DNA from: Eledone cirrhosa
Lineage: Eukaryota
Length of the DNA stretch: 64,000 bases
Assembly (NCBI GenBank): GCA_964016885.1
Contig: OZ024741.1
Span: 378,510,001-378,574,000, forward strand
Direction: 5' to 3'
The notes beneath the pieces were generated by a model. That model was not told the DNA's origin. It saw nothing but the letters and a program-made list of their open reading frames with translations, and did not search any database. Of this stretch, positions 39,791-54,084 are shown piece by piece; positions within the stretch are counted from its first letter, which is position 1; each line of letters starts with the position of its first letter. A program made the position numbers and the translations under genes.

Positions 39791-40620
39791 TTTTCATCAG
39801 TTTTATTGATATTAACTCTCGTTGTAGTTGTCAGTATGTTTGAATCAATTCTACTTTAAATAGCGTATACATTTAAATAGTTCATTAGTTAAAGTAGAGA
39901 GGGGATTGACTGTCAGAAATACATATGTACGTTCAATATTAGGGTGGCGTTGCAAACCATGAACCAATAGATAACAACATTAATTCCGTAACCTCTTGAA
40001 ACACAGTTGAAATCACAGCATAGATAATAGTAATTTCGAAGATATAAAACTAATGTATTTGTAGAAGGGTTAACCAGAAATTATAACATATGTAAACCAG
40101 AAACGATAACAAATATATAAAAGTAAACATCTCATCTATGATGGTGATAACACATAGAAGAATGGAACAGTTGGTTGGACTAATATAGATTTGAAACCAT
40201 TACGGTTTCATTTTTGGTTGAAACGCATATTATAAGAAACAAGTCAATATATATTTATTTTTATTTATCTTAATCATTTTTTTGTAATCCGTATAACATC
40301 CTACTTTGATTAGCCAATATATTGACTGGGCGAAATCATAAAAAAATGTGTTTCAAATATCTATTAAACGCATAGTAGAAATATAACAGGAAACGATATA
40401 TATATATATAAAAACCACAGGAAATAACATATCTATTTAGACACGTTGGGAACCATTTCAGTTTTTAAATCTTGATGTTGCTACTTAGTAATTATTAGGG
40501 AGGTATGTGTCTGTTTCAGGAAGCATACACTTTTTCTTTTTACATATTTGAAACATTAACGGCACGTGTTAACACATATACATATAGAAAAAGATGCGTC
40601 AATAACGATAATGAATACAA

Positions 40621-40702
<82 letters not shown>
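40621..40702. repeat. (AAT)n microsatellite
   Basis: About 27 pure units. Confidence 0.98.
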
Positions 40703-40707
<5 letters not shown>

Positions 40708-42029
40708 ACAACAACAATATCGATACAGGCAATAGCGGTTATGGGGATGGTGATGGTAATATAAATAATAATAAGATAGTAATTGCTACATTCAAAACAT
40801 AGATTGATTAATTGAGATTTATGGTTTATTAGTTTGCTATATTGGCTTAATAAATCATTATTAAAGCTATTTGCTTTCGTCTCCACTCGAAAGAACTTTC
40901 AGTCTGGAAACTAAATTCTATAATTGTTTATCCCCGTCATATTCTCCCTCTCCACCAATCTCAATCTTTCACTATAACTCCCCATTTATCTCTGCCTATA
41001 TATATTTATAGATACGCCCCCCCCCCCCCACACACACACACATGTGCGTGTGTGTGTGTGTGTGCATTTCATCTCGTATATCAAATGTATCTACAGCGCA
41101 TTATCTGCTACCTCAACACCAGCTCTAGAAACTACAACAACAGAGAAATTTAGCTTGAGTAAATTGTATTTGAATTCTAATATAAGTATATATATATATA
41201 TATAAAGAATGAATAATAACAGGTAGACATCATATATGCTTACAAATGTTTCCCCGGTGGTTATACAGCCTAGTTATGCTATGTGCAAATTTATAACTAT
41301 TTGCAAAACTCAATTATCAAATGCTGTGACCACTGTATCATCAGAGCAGAATGGCTAAAATGTACAATTTAAATACCCTTAAGTGAGGTTATTGGGGAAG
41401 ATAGAGTAGAAAAGGAAGAGATAAAAGAGGGGGAGAGGGAGATAGAGAGAAAGATATGCAGTGGTTGGAGAAATGGGAGAGAGTGGTTTGTAGATATCTT
41501 AATCAAAATGTTGTGGAAGGGGTTTTATTATACTGGTTACTCTTAAAGCGACCGCCTTAAGCAATGCGTTGATAGTGAAGGTTGGAATTATTTATTGACC
41601 CAGAGGGCAGGTTCATAGATGTGGAGAGGGAGGTGGACCTAGCGAGAGAGAGAGAGCGTGGAATGAATAGAGAGAGAGATAGAGAGGGAACAGACGAAAG
41701 CTATGGGTTAGGTGTACATTGAGTTCATAGTAGTAATTTACGAATTGCACTAAGTTTCCATTTATAGTGTCGGGGGAGAGAAAGTGGTTAGCTAGAAAGC
41801 AATGTTATAGTTACGGGTTCGAATGTTAAGTTATTTTATAGTGAGAGAATTTCGCCTTCAGTTTGTGGTTGCAGTATAATGATCGTTCGATTCTATCATT
41901 TAGTAATTTATTTTTGGATTTTAAGATGTAAAAGAATACGACCATGAAAATGTACCAAACATAGAAGTAATGAGCTGCAGAGCAACATGAAAGCACTACT
42001 CCGAAGACTGTAAAATACCAATGGAATTG

Positions 42030-42945
42030 TTGCGAAAGCTGACAAGACCTCTAACGTGTATACCATGGATATCGATACATACAACAGCTTCATACGCATG
42101 GAACTACACAAAAAATATAGAAAAAACAAGTGAAACTACGCTAGCAAATATTAACAACGAGGCATACAAGGTGGTGAAGAATCTCAAGTTAGACGATAGA
42201 ACCGAGCCGATTATACCCGCAACCCCCACAATTTAACCTGAAGGACCATAAGATAAATGTTGACTCTAACCCTAAGATCAGACTTATATGCCCTTCTAAA
42301 TCAGACAGGAAATATTAGCAAATATATACTTGACAGAGTAATAACTCAATTGAAAAACAAAATAGAAATTAAATTATGGGCAACACTAGCGAAGCAATTC
42401 GTTGGTTTAATAACGTTAACAACAAGAATAAATCTAAGTCTATACAATTTGACATAGACGAATACTACTCTTCTATCTCACCCGGCACTTTACGTAAGGC
42501 CCAATCGTTTGCTAAAGTCAATTCCGACCTAACGGAGGACGAAATTAATATTATTCCAGAGTCTAGAAAAACTATTATCAAGTTTGATAACTGATACTGG
42601 GAACGTAATGACAGACCCACAAACTTCGACATTACCATGGGTTCCAACGACTCACTGGAGGTCACCGATCTTGTGGGAATTTACATAGCCCACATGCTAC
42701 ATGGAAAATTTAGTAATCTACAGCGGGGAATATATAGAGATGACGGGCTCTTATTAGTTAATAACTTAAATAACAACAATCTTGAAAGGCTACGGAAAAA
42801 CATTAGTTTATGTTTCGTAAACTTAATATTCATGGTCGTATTCTTTTACAACTTAAAATCCAAAAATAAATTGCTGAATGATCGAATCGAACGATCATGA
42901 TACTGCAACCACAAACTGAAGGCTAAATTCTCTCACTATAAAATA
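42030..42945 (+). pseudogene. Penelope RT fragment fused to the endonuclease C-terminal tail
   Basis: Motifs as above, in several frames with stops. Confidence 0.8.
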
Positions 42946-43441
42946 ATTTAACATTCGAACCCGTAACTATAACATTGCTTTCTAGCTAACCACTTTCTCT
43001 TCCCCCACACTACAAGACAATACCCTGTTTATCACTATAAATGGAAACTTAGTGCAATTCGTAGATTACTACTATGAACTCAATTACACCCAACACATAG
43101 CTTTCGTCTGTCCCCTCTCTATCTCTCCCTCTCGATCCATTCCACTCTCTCTCGCCCTAGGTCCACCTCCCTCTCCACATCTATGAACCTGCCCTCTGGG
43201 GCAATAAATAATTCCAACCATGACTATCAACATATCGCTTAATGTGGTCGCTTTAAGAGTAACCAGTATAATAAAACCCCTACCACAACATTTTGATTAA
43301 GATATCTACAAACCACTCTCTCCCATTTCTCCAACCCCTGCATATCTCTCTCTCTCGCTCCCTCTCCCCTTCTTTTCTCTCTTCCTTTTCTTCCCCAATA
43401 ACCTCACTTAAGGGTATTTACATTGTACCTTTTCACCATTC

Positions 43442-43553
43442 TGCTCTGATGATACAGTGGTCACAGCATTTGATAATTGAGTTTTGCAAATAGTTATAAA
43501 TTTGCACATAGCATAACTAAGCTGTATAACCACCGTGGAAACATTAGTAAGCA
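43442..43553 (+). ncRNA. Type I hammerhead ribozyme motif in the Penelope pLTR
   Basis: TGCT CTGATGA [long stem II GTGGT/ACCAC, ACAGC/GCTGT, TGCAAA/TTTGCA] GAAA CATTAG TA AGCA; inverted copy at 41237-41348 has GAAACATTTGTA. Confidence 0.78.
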
Positions 43554-43755
43554 CACAGAATAAATTACCTTTTTATGATTTCTACCTGTTATTATTCATT
43601 ATTTATCTACACTCCGGAATACAGAAGGATCAGGAACTAAGTTTCTTCAACAATTTTTCCATAACTCGTGGAGTAACCTCTCACCGTACGTCCACTTTAT
43701 CCAGTGTAGTAATTAATCATTACTGCATCCAGGATAATCCTATATATATATAAAC

Positions 43756-43811
<56 letters not shown>

Positions 43812-45128
43812 ACAACGAGGTGACGGACCTACCATATTTATCAATGCCAGGACCGGTCGTATCTCAGCATACGCAATAGTCAATGTAAGATACATTTCCA
43901 GAGTATACACATAGTTATTAGTTTCAATACAACACACGCAAAACAGGTGCATATAATAGTTCCCGGACTCGAGGTTTGGCCACACTTAATGCAGTAGTAG
44001 GGTGCACTGCACGCTATGTCTGCATATATTATGCAACAATGCATATCGGCGTATGTGGCTTCATCAGCGGGTATCGCCTAATCAATAACCAATCGATTGA
44101 CAAGAGAATCCAAACCCCTGCCCATGCCGGCTATAACTGTTTGTGACGGCCGCACAGTACAAGTTATTAGCAACTCGAATCCGATACAACTCTGTCCCTC
44201 GACCAGCCACCGATTTACAAACTTTCCGTTGTGGCGGGAGAATTGAAAACAAATCGTTTCGTCCCCGCCAAAAGCCTCAGCCAACGTGTCTCAAAGACAG
44301 ATTAATAAGAAGTGAAAAGATAGTTAATAGAAATAGAAGTTCACATTGATGTATAATAGAATGGTAGTATTCGGCTCATGTCTCTAAGTCACATGGCTAG
44401 AGGAAAGCGACAGCACCAATGGTAGTGCCAAGAAACTTTAACGGACATTAAAAGCTAGGATCTATTATAGAGCGATATATAGTAGTGAACAGGTCTGTTG
44501 CACAACGTTAAAGAGTGAGAGATAAAATTAACAGCAGGAATTAGAGCCTATATCAAAACAAAACACAATAAAAAAAATGAAACATTGTTTAACTTACTTT
44601 GATTAGTCCGTTAGTTGGGAGATAATATTCGTTTCTACATTTTGCACAAGGCCAGCAATTACTCAGTACATTACTGGTACTTTATTTTATCTTTTATAGA
44701 CTCCGTATGGATGAAAGGCAAAGTTAACTTCGGCAGGATTTGAACTCAGACTGGCAAGGGCCGTAACTCTATGCGTCAAAGCATGGCGTCCAGCCCTCAA
44801 CCGGTACTGCCAATCCGCCGACGTTGGGAGATAATAATAAAAATGAGTTGACGGACCCAGCATATTTATCAGGACCTGTTGTATCTCAGCGTACTCAATA
44901 GGTAGTGTAGGATACATTCCCAGAGTATAGACATAGTTATTCGCTTCAATACAACACAAGTAAAACAGGTGCCTATAATAGTTCACTGCACGATCTGTCT
45001 GCATATATTATGCAACACTGCATAATCGACGTATGTGGTTCATCAGTGGGTATCGCCTAATAAATAACCAATCGATCGACAGAATCCAAACCCCAGCCCA
45101 TGCCGGCTTTGACTGTTTGTGACGGCCG
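43812..45128 (-). repeat. Pair of about 300-340 bp diverged direct repeats (43812-44152 and 44840-45128), possible pLTR pair
   Basis: Shared sequence ends CCCATGCCGGCT...GTTTGTGACGGCCG; each has CTGATGA on the minus strand; TA tracts outside. Confidence 0.6.
44622..44820 (-). mobile_element. tRNA-derived SINE
   Basis: Same family; A-box-like GGCGGATTGGCAG and B-box GAGTTCAAATCC on the minus strand. Confidence 0.8.
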
Positions 45129-45157
45129 TCATATATATATATGTGTATATACACATA

Positions 45158-46043
45158 CGAAGTGTGTCAGAAAATTCCAGGACTGATGTCACAAAAGATT
45201 TATTTCAAACCCAGACTTCAAACTAAGAGTTTTCTCCTTCAAAGTAATCCCCTGAAGTCTAATACACTTTTCCATCCTTTTCTGCCACGCTTGCATGCAC
45301 TCCTGGAAGGATTCTTCCGGGATCCTCCGCAGTTCCATCGTCACGGCCTTTGTTGATGTCGTCGACGTCTTCAAAACGGGTCCCCTCCGGGTTGTACTCG
45401 AAGATCCATGACTCATCACCGGTGATGACTGTCCCTAGCAAGTTTGGTTCGGTTTCAAAACGCTCAAGGATGACCTGGCACACTTGCATGCGTCGACCCT
45501 TCTGGTCATCGTTCAGCAGTTTTGGCACCATCTTCGCGCAGATTTTCCGCATGTCCAAATCTTCAGTGAGAATCTTCCAGGCGCTGTCCCGATTCATGCC
45601 CAGCTCAATTGCCATCAGTCGGACAGTCAGCCAAGGATCGTTATGCACCATCTGCCTGACGCGCTCAACGTTGACCTCTGTGCTGGCTGTTGAGGGCCTT
45701 CCACTCCTCGGGTCATCTTCCACGTCCTTGCGTCCTTCTTTAAACCTTTTGCACCACTTAAAAACACATGAGCGTGACATTGTCTCATCTCCCTACACTT
45801 GCTGCAGAAACCGTACCAGAAACTTCAAGTTTGTTCGTTGTTCTGTGCTCGTTGCTTGACGACCTGAAACAGAGGGCATGTATATTAAATTATGAAGAAA
45901 AATGTTTGATCGCTGCAGAGAGCTAAGGTTACAGTTACATACTCGAGGGAGATTACTTTGAAGGAGAAAACTCTTCGTGTGAAGTTTGGATTTGAAATAA
46001 ATCTTTTGTGACATCAGTCCTGGAACTTTTCTGACACACCTCG
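45158..46043 (-). mobile_element. Internally deleted mariner (Tc1/mariner) element
   Basis: About 95-bp TIRs with TA on both sides; EQRTNLKF, VFKWCKRFKEGR, PRSGRP, AKMVPKLL, TGDESW then a jump to the C-terminal RFEDVDDI...WQKRMEKCI; second and third catalytic Asp region missing. Confidence 0.92.
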
Positions 46044-46139
46044 TATATATAATATATATGATATAAAAACATTCTGTATAAAACGTAGCATAGGCTTATC
46101 TGCTTGTGTAAAAGAATTTGCTAACGCCGTAACCTTATG

Positions 46140-46372
46140 AGAATGATCGTGATGATGGCTATTATGATGATGGATGCCTCGATGAATGATGACGAGAACG
46201 ATGCCGATAGCGACAAAGATGATTGTCATGCAAGTGTTAGTGGTAATGTCGACAACGACAATGACGATGATGATGATGATTGCGATGATTGAGATGACTA
46301 TGATAATAATAATTATGATTATTTTGACAATGAGTATGAGTATGTCGATGGTAAGGATGTTCATGAAGATGG
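46140..46372. repeat. Degenerate (GAT/ATG)n tract
   Basis: Decayed trinucleotide repeat that gives spurious M/I-rich ORFs. Confidence 0.8.
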
Positions 46373-46505
46373 ATCATATAACTAAATATTATTGTTGAAA
46401 ATATTTATTATTATTTACCATTCTTGTACATATTATTATTATTTACCATTCTTGTACATATAATAACACATTGCCTGACATTATCTAACATTATTTAAAA
46501 TATTT

Positions 46506-46622
46506 CTGAGTTCAAATTCCGCCGAGATTAACTATCTCGTTCATCCTTACCGGGTCGATAAAATAAAGTACAAGTAATCCACTGGTAATTGCTGGCCTTG
46601 TGCCAAAAGTAGAAATTGTTAT
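46506..46622 (+). mobile_element. SINE, 5'-truncated
   Basis: GAGTTCAAATTCCGCCGAG...GCTGGCCTTGTGCCAAAAGTAGAAA. Confidence 0.75.
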
Positions 46623-46702
46623 TTAAAATATTTCTGAAATTCCTATTGGATTTATTTTAGGAAGAAAACTATATCTCCACACACAAATAGCTCACTACCA
46701 CT

Positions 46703-46821
46703 AACCACTGTACATGCTATTTCATACACTACTACAAGAATAACAACAATAAATAAAAAACAACCACTGTACATGCTATTTCATACACTAGTACAAGAAT
46801 AACAACAATAAATAAAAAACA
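46703..46821. repeat. 59-bp tandem duplication
   Basis: AACCACTGTACATGC...AATAAATAAAAAAC twice, 1 mismatch. Confidence 0.9.
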
Positions 46822-49392
46822 ATATTTATGTTTATACAGATAAGGTGTCAAAATAAACAAACTGAATATGTGTGTCTCATGATAGCAGCAGTATTGTCGT
46901 AAAGTCATTTCTGATGAAATGAAGATAAATATGTTGTTGGAGATCAGTTATATATCTTCTCAATTCAACTTAGTATATTGCTGTGTTTCCATCAAGAATT
47001 GATGATGCTCGTACCAAACGTCCAATCGATAAGGAATAATACTTGAAGAATATGGAGATATGCGAGTTATGCAACTGACTAAGAAATCAGTCAGAATTTA
47101 TAGTATTAGATTTTTATTTTATGAAAATCAAAGTAGAACAACTGACAAACAATCTACAAATAATTCTGGAAATATATATTGTTAGGTTTCTGTTGCATTA
47201 TGTCCACGTAGAAAGAAAATGTTTAAAACGAATTCGAGACTTTTCAGATCGATCTGATATCATTAACGCTGTAATGGATTACTCTCAATTATACTACCAT
47301 CATTTACGCATTTATCAGGAAATAGTCATTGTTTATTATAGATCTTCCAATTTATAGAGTAACACCCTCATTTGTGATGGCCTCAGCCGGGGTACCGCAA
47401 CTTTAAATATATATATATAAAGAGAGAGAGAGAGGTAGAACACTGGAAGGTAATATCTGTAGTGGTAGAGCCTTCAGTCCATGGGGCGAGTTTGTTAGAA
47501 GTAGTAACACAACAGTTAGTTCACCATACATATGTATATATATATATATATACATATGTATATGTGTGTGTGTCTGTGTGGGTGTGTGTGTATAAGTATG
47601 TATATATATATATATATATAATTAAGCAAACATATATGCAAATGTATATATCTGCTTTCTCGATGTATGGAATGCTCCTCAACTTCAATATCAATATGTA
47701 TGTGTTGCCATATACAAATGTATGTGATCGTGCGTATTTCGGAGCACAGGTGAATTTTTGTACAAAATTTTGTTTTAATAATTACTCACAATTGTCTTTC
47801 ATTCTCGCCTTCCTTCCTTCTTTCTTTGTTCCTTTCTTCAAGCATTATTGTTTTTTATATTTCAATATTTTTTTGTATTTCCTTTTCCTTGTATTACCAC
47901 CTGTTGAAATGTTACCTGTATAATTACATTTCCGTGTTGTATATTTTATATCTTTTCCTCAATCTATTTACTTCAGTGTGTTTTATCAATACTTGAATAT
48001 CTACTGGCTTCAATTAATATTCTTATTTCTGTTAATACTGTTTTCCTGGTGAACCACTTTGTTCTAGCGGCATAAATTATTCCTATGGTTGCATATATGT
48101 TCATTCTTTTACTTGGCAATGCATTGAGCTCAATTAGATATTCTACGACCTAATGCAGAAATAGATCTATATTTATTATTAGCATTGGTTTTATGACACG
48201 GGAATTCTTTGCAGGAATATTCAAACTTATATGATAACTTCTCACAATATTCTTAATACTAATTGTGAAATATGCATCTTATTTCAATATAGATGGGTGG
48301 GTACGAACTATTTCTACACCTCCATATTAAAACTATAGAAATCCACAAGTAGAATTTTCTGAAACCCCTCACTTGACGGATGGATGATTAAAGCTTGTGT
48401 TTAATTATTTGCAAAGTTGCTGTATTAGGTGAATTGTGTGATTTAACCCTTACTTACTGTCCCTTGTGTATATTGATATAATTATCATAAACCACGACCT
48501 AAAACTAAGTAATCTAAACGTGCTTCTATTACTTAACGACAAAATCATTATGAATGCAATGAAGGAACAGCTAAAACAGAAACACACACATACTGTTCAA
48601 CAGATGTGAATATATAAATGAATCTCGCTTCAGGGAAGAATAGCCCATATCAGTAAACTCCGTATATTACAATGATTCGACTCTATAATCACTGCTCAAG
48701 CAACGTCCAAACATAGGAAGAATTCCTTTCTACTGGTGCGAATTTTCGCAGATACGTACAATGAGCTGAAAGGTAATTAAAATCAAATGATCCACAGCCA
48801 TATTCCAAATTGATTTATTTAGTATGTTGGATAATCCATATTAAATACACATATTTGTGCAGATACATTCCATTACACAACACGTACAAATAATTCGTGA
48901 AAGTATTACATATGCTTTAGAGATTAACATACTAACGTGAAACGTTGGTTTCAGAAAAGGGTTTTTAACAACCGACTGTAGACGTGATCCAAATTGTTGT
49001 ACAACATGGCTAATATGGAGAAATATTACGTTAGGCTTTGTGGATTATTACATCACATCTGTTATCACAGAAGTTACGGTTAAGGTAAAATATTTTCATC
49101 AATTAGGGATTAATACATTATCTGAGAAAATCTCGGTGCAATGAACATCAATTACAGGAATTTACACTGAAGCTATTTAAGACTACAATATTCCAAAAAG
49201 ATATGAAACGAGTAACGGGTTATTACAGGCGCCCACAAACAATTGTCACTTGACTCATTTGTGTGTATGCCACGTGGATTAGTGATCCTTTATGCTGTCC
49301 GCAAGAATTAATATTTGGACGCAAATTTAAAATAGTAATCCATGCAGTCTTAACGAAAGAAATTACGAAGAATACACACACACACGGATATA

Positions 49393-49445
<53 letters not shown>

Positions 49446-49633
49446 TAATAAAATAATGAATAAACAAAGAAACAGTTTCTTATATTAACAAAATTCATCA
49501 TTTTACGATCGTTTCTAGAATATATATGTGTTAGAGTTGGTATGCATATTCTATATATCTATGTACAATATTTATACAAACTATCAGAGGGAATATATAT
49601 ACCTACACATATATATGCTGTCTTCAGAAATAA

Positions 49634-49666
<33 letters not shown>

Positions 49667-49669
49667 GTG

Positions 49670-49878
<209 letters not shown>

Positions 49879-50313
49879 TAAAAAATATTTTCTTATTTTA
49901 CGTCCTTTATATTATTGTTCTGCATTCTCCTGCATTGAACCACCTAGGTACTATGACATAACCTGTGTATTTGCTAGCCTGGGCGTGCATCTGTGCGCTT
50001 ATGTTAGTTGATATATTAAATTATCTATATTTATCTCCAAATCACTGATTTGTCGAGCAAACTTGCCAAAAGCACTTCTAAAAAATTTTTTTTTGGGGTG
50101 TTAGTAGGCGTCAGTCATCTTACCATCCCATTCCTTCTAACCAGCCTCTGTGTCACGTGATTGATTCTTTAGAATCGGCCATTTGACTTGAAGCAGTGAG
50201 AATTTCGGTACATAGAATCCAGTCCTCGCAAGCTGTTCGATCTACCGAAATATTATTATTTTTATATGAGCCGCCAATGTCCGCGCATTGCCTGGAGACT
50301 TAACTGAGAATAG

Positions 50314-50395
50314 ACTCCCTGATGACGCAATGAATTCTCGACAGTTGGATTACGTAACTGTCTTTATCCCATTGCAGAAACTAATTAGTTGGAGT
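50314..50395 (+). ncRNA. Type I hammerhead ribozyme motif
   Basis: ACTCC CTGATGA C GCAATG..GACAGTT..AACTGTC..CATTGC A GAAA CTAATTAG TT GGAGT. Confidence 0.8.
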
Positions 50396-50870
50396 GAAAA
50401 TTTAAGTAAGTAAAAAATTTTTTTAAAATTTTTTTTAAAAAATATTTTCTTATTTTACGTCCTTTATATTATTGTTCTGCATTCTCCTGCATTGAACCAC
50501 CTAGGTACTATGACATAACCTGTGTATTTGCTAGCCTGGGCGTGCATCTGTGCGCTTATGTTAGTTGATATATTAAATTATCTATATTTATCTCCAAATC
50601 ACTGATTTGTCGAGCAAACTTGCCAAAAGCACTTCTAAAAAAATTTTTTTTGGGGTGTTAGTAGGCGTCAGTCATCTTACCATCCCATTCCTTCTAACCA
50701 GCCTCTGTGTCACGTGATTGATTCTTTAGAATCGGCCATTTGACTTGAAGCAGTGAGAATTTCGGTACATAGAATCCAGTCCTCGCAAGCTGTTCGATCT
50801 ACCGAAATATTATTATTTTTATATGAGCCGCCAGTGTCCGCGCATTGCCTGGAGACTTAACTGAGAATAG

Positions 50871-50952
50871 ACTCCCTGATGACGCAATGAATTCTCGACA
50901 GTTGGATTACGTAACTGTCTTTATCCCATTGCAGAAACTAATTAGTTGGAGT
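50871..50952 (+). ncRNA. Type I hammerhead ribozyme motif (second unit)
   Basis: Identical to 50314-50395. Confidence 0.8.
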
Positions 50953-51019
50953 GAAAATTTAAGTAAGTAAAAAATTTTTTAAAAATTTTTTTTAAAATAT
51001 TTTCTTATTTTACGTCCTT

Positions 51020-53372
<2,353 letters not shown>

Positions 53373-53454
53373 ACGTGTTTTTACTTCTCTCCCCGAGTAA
53401 GCAGCAAGTCACACAGCCACAAAACAAAACCACAAGACAAAACCAAACAAACAA

Positions 53455-54075
53455 AAATTGACCGGTTAATACATTTTCATACATCTATATTATTATATAT
53501 TTGAAAATTGACCGGTTAATACATTTTTCATACATCTATATTATTATATATTTGAAAATTGACCGGTTAATACATTTTTCATACATCTATATTATTATAT
53601 ATTTGAAACCACGTGTTTTCGAACTTGTGAGTACATTTTCCTTTAACTACAAATTATTATTATATACTTTCGTCTTTTCATTAATTTCAAATAACCAGAA
53701 TATACATATATATATATATATATATACTCATATTTATATATATACGCTTCTCACTCACACACAAGAAAAACAAAAAACAAAAATAAATTTAAAAAAAAAA
53801 ATATATATATTGAAATACTTAACTAAAACACACACACACGAACTTGTGAGTACATTTTCCTTTAACTACAAATTATTATTATATACTTTCGTCTTTTCAT
53901 TAACTTAATTAATTTCAAATAACCAGAATATACATATATATATATATACTCATATTTATATATATACGCTTCTCACTCACACACAAGAAAAACAAAAAAC
54001 AAAAATAAATCAAAAATAAATTTAAAAAAAAAATATATATATATTGAAATACTTAACTAAAACACACACACACTC
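53455..54075 (+). repeat. Tandem repeats in the LINE 5'UTR (3 x about 51 bp; 2 x about 220 bp)
   Basis: AAAATTGACCGGTTAATACATTTT...TATATTTG three times; CGAACTTGTGAGTACATTTTCC...AAAACACACACAC twice. Confidence 0.9.
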
Positions 54076-54084
54076 ACAACTAGA

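Larger units (their letters stand above)
41205..43600 (+). mobile_element. Penelope-like retroelement, truncated and internally deleted, with about 750-bp inverted pseudo-LTRs
   Basis: 41205-41951 is the reverse complement of about 42826-43600; RT remnants ADKTSNVY, QFDIDEYYSSI, FDITMGSNDS, GIYRDDGL; GIY-YIG-tail-like LLNDRIERS*YCNH. Confidence 0.88.
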
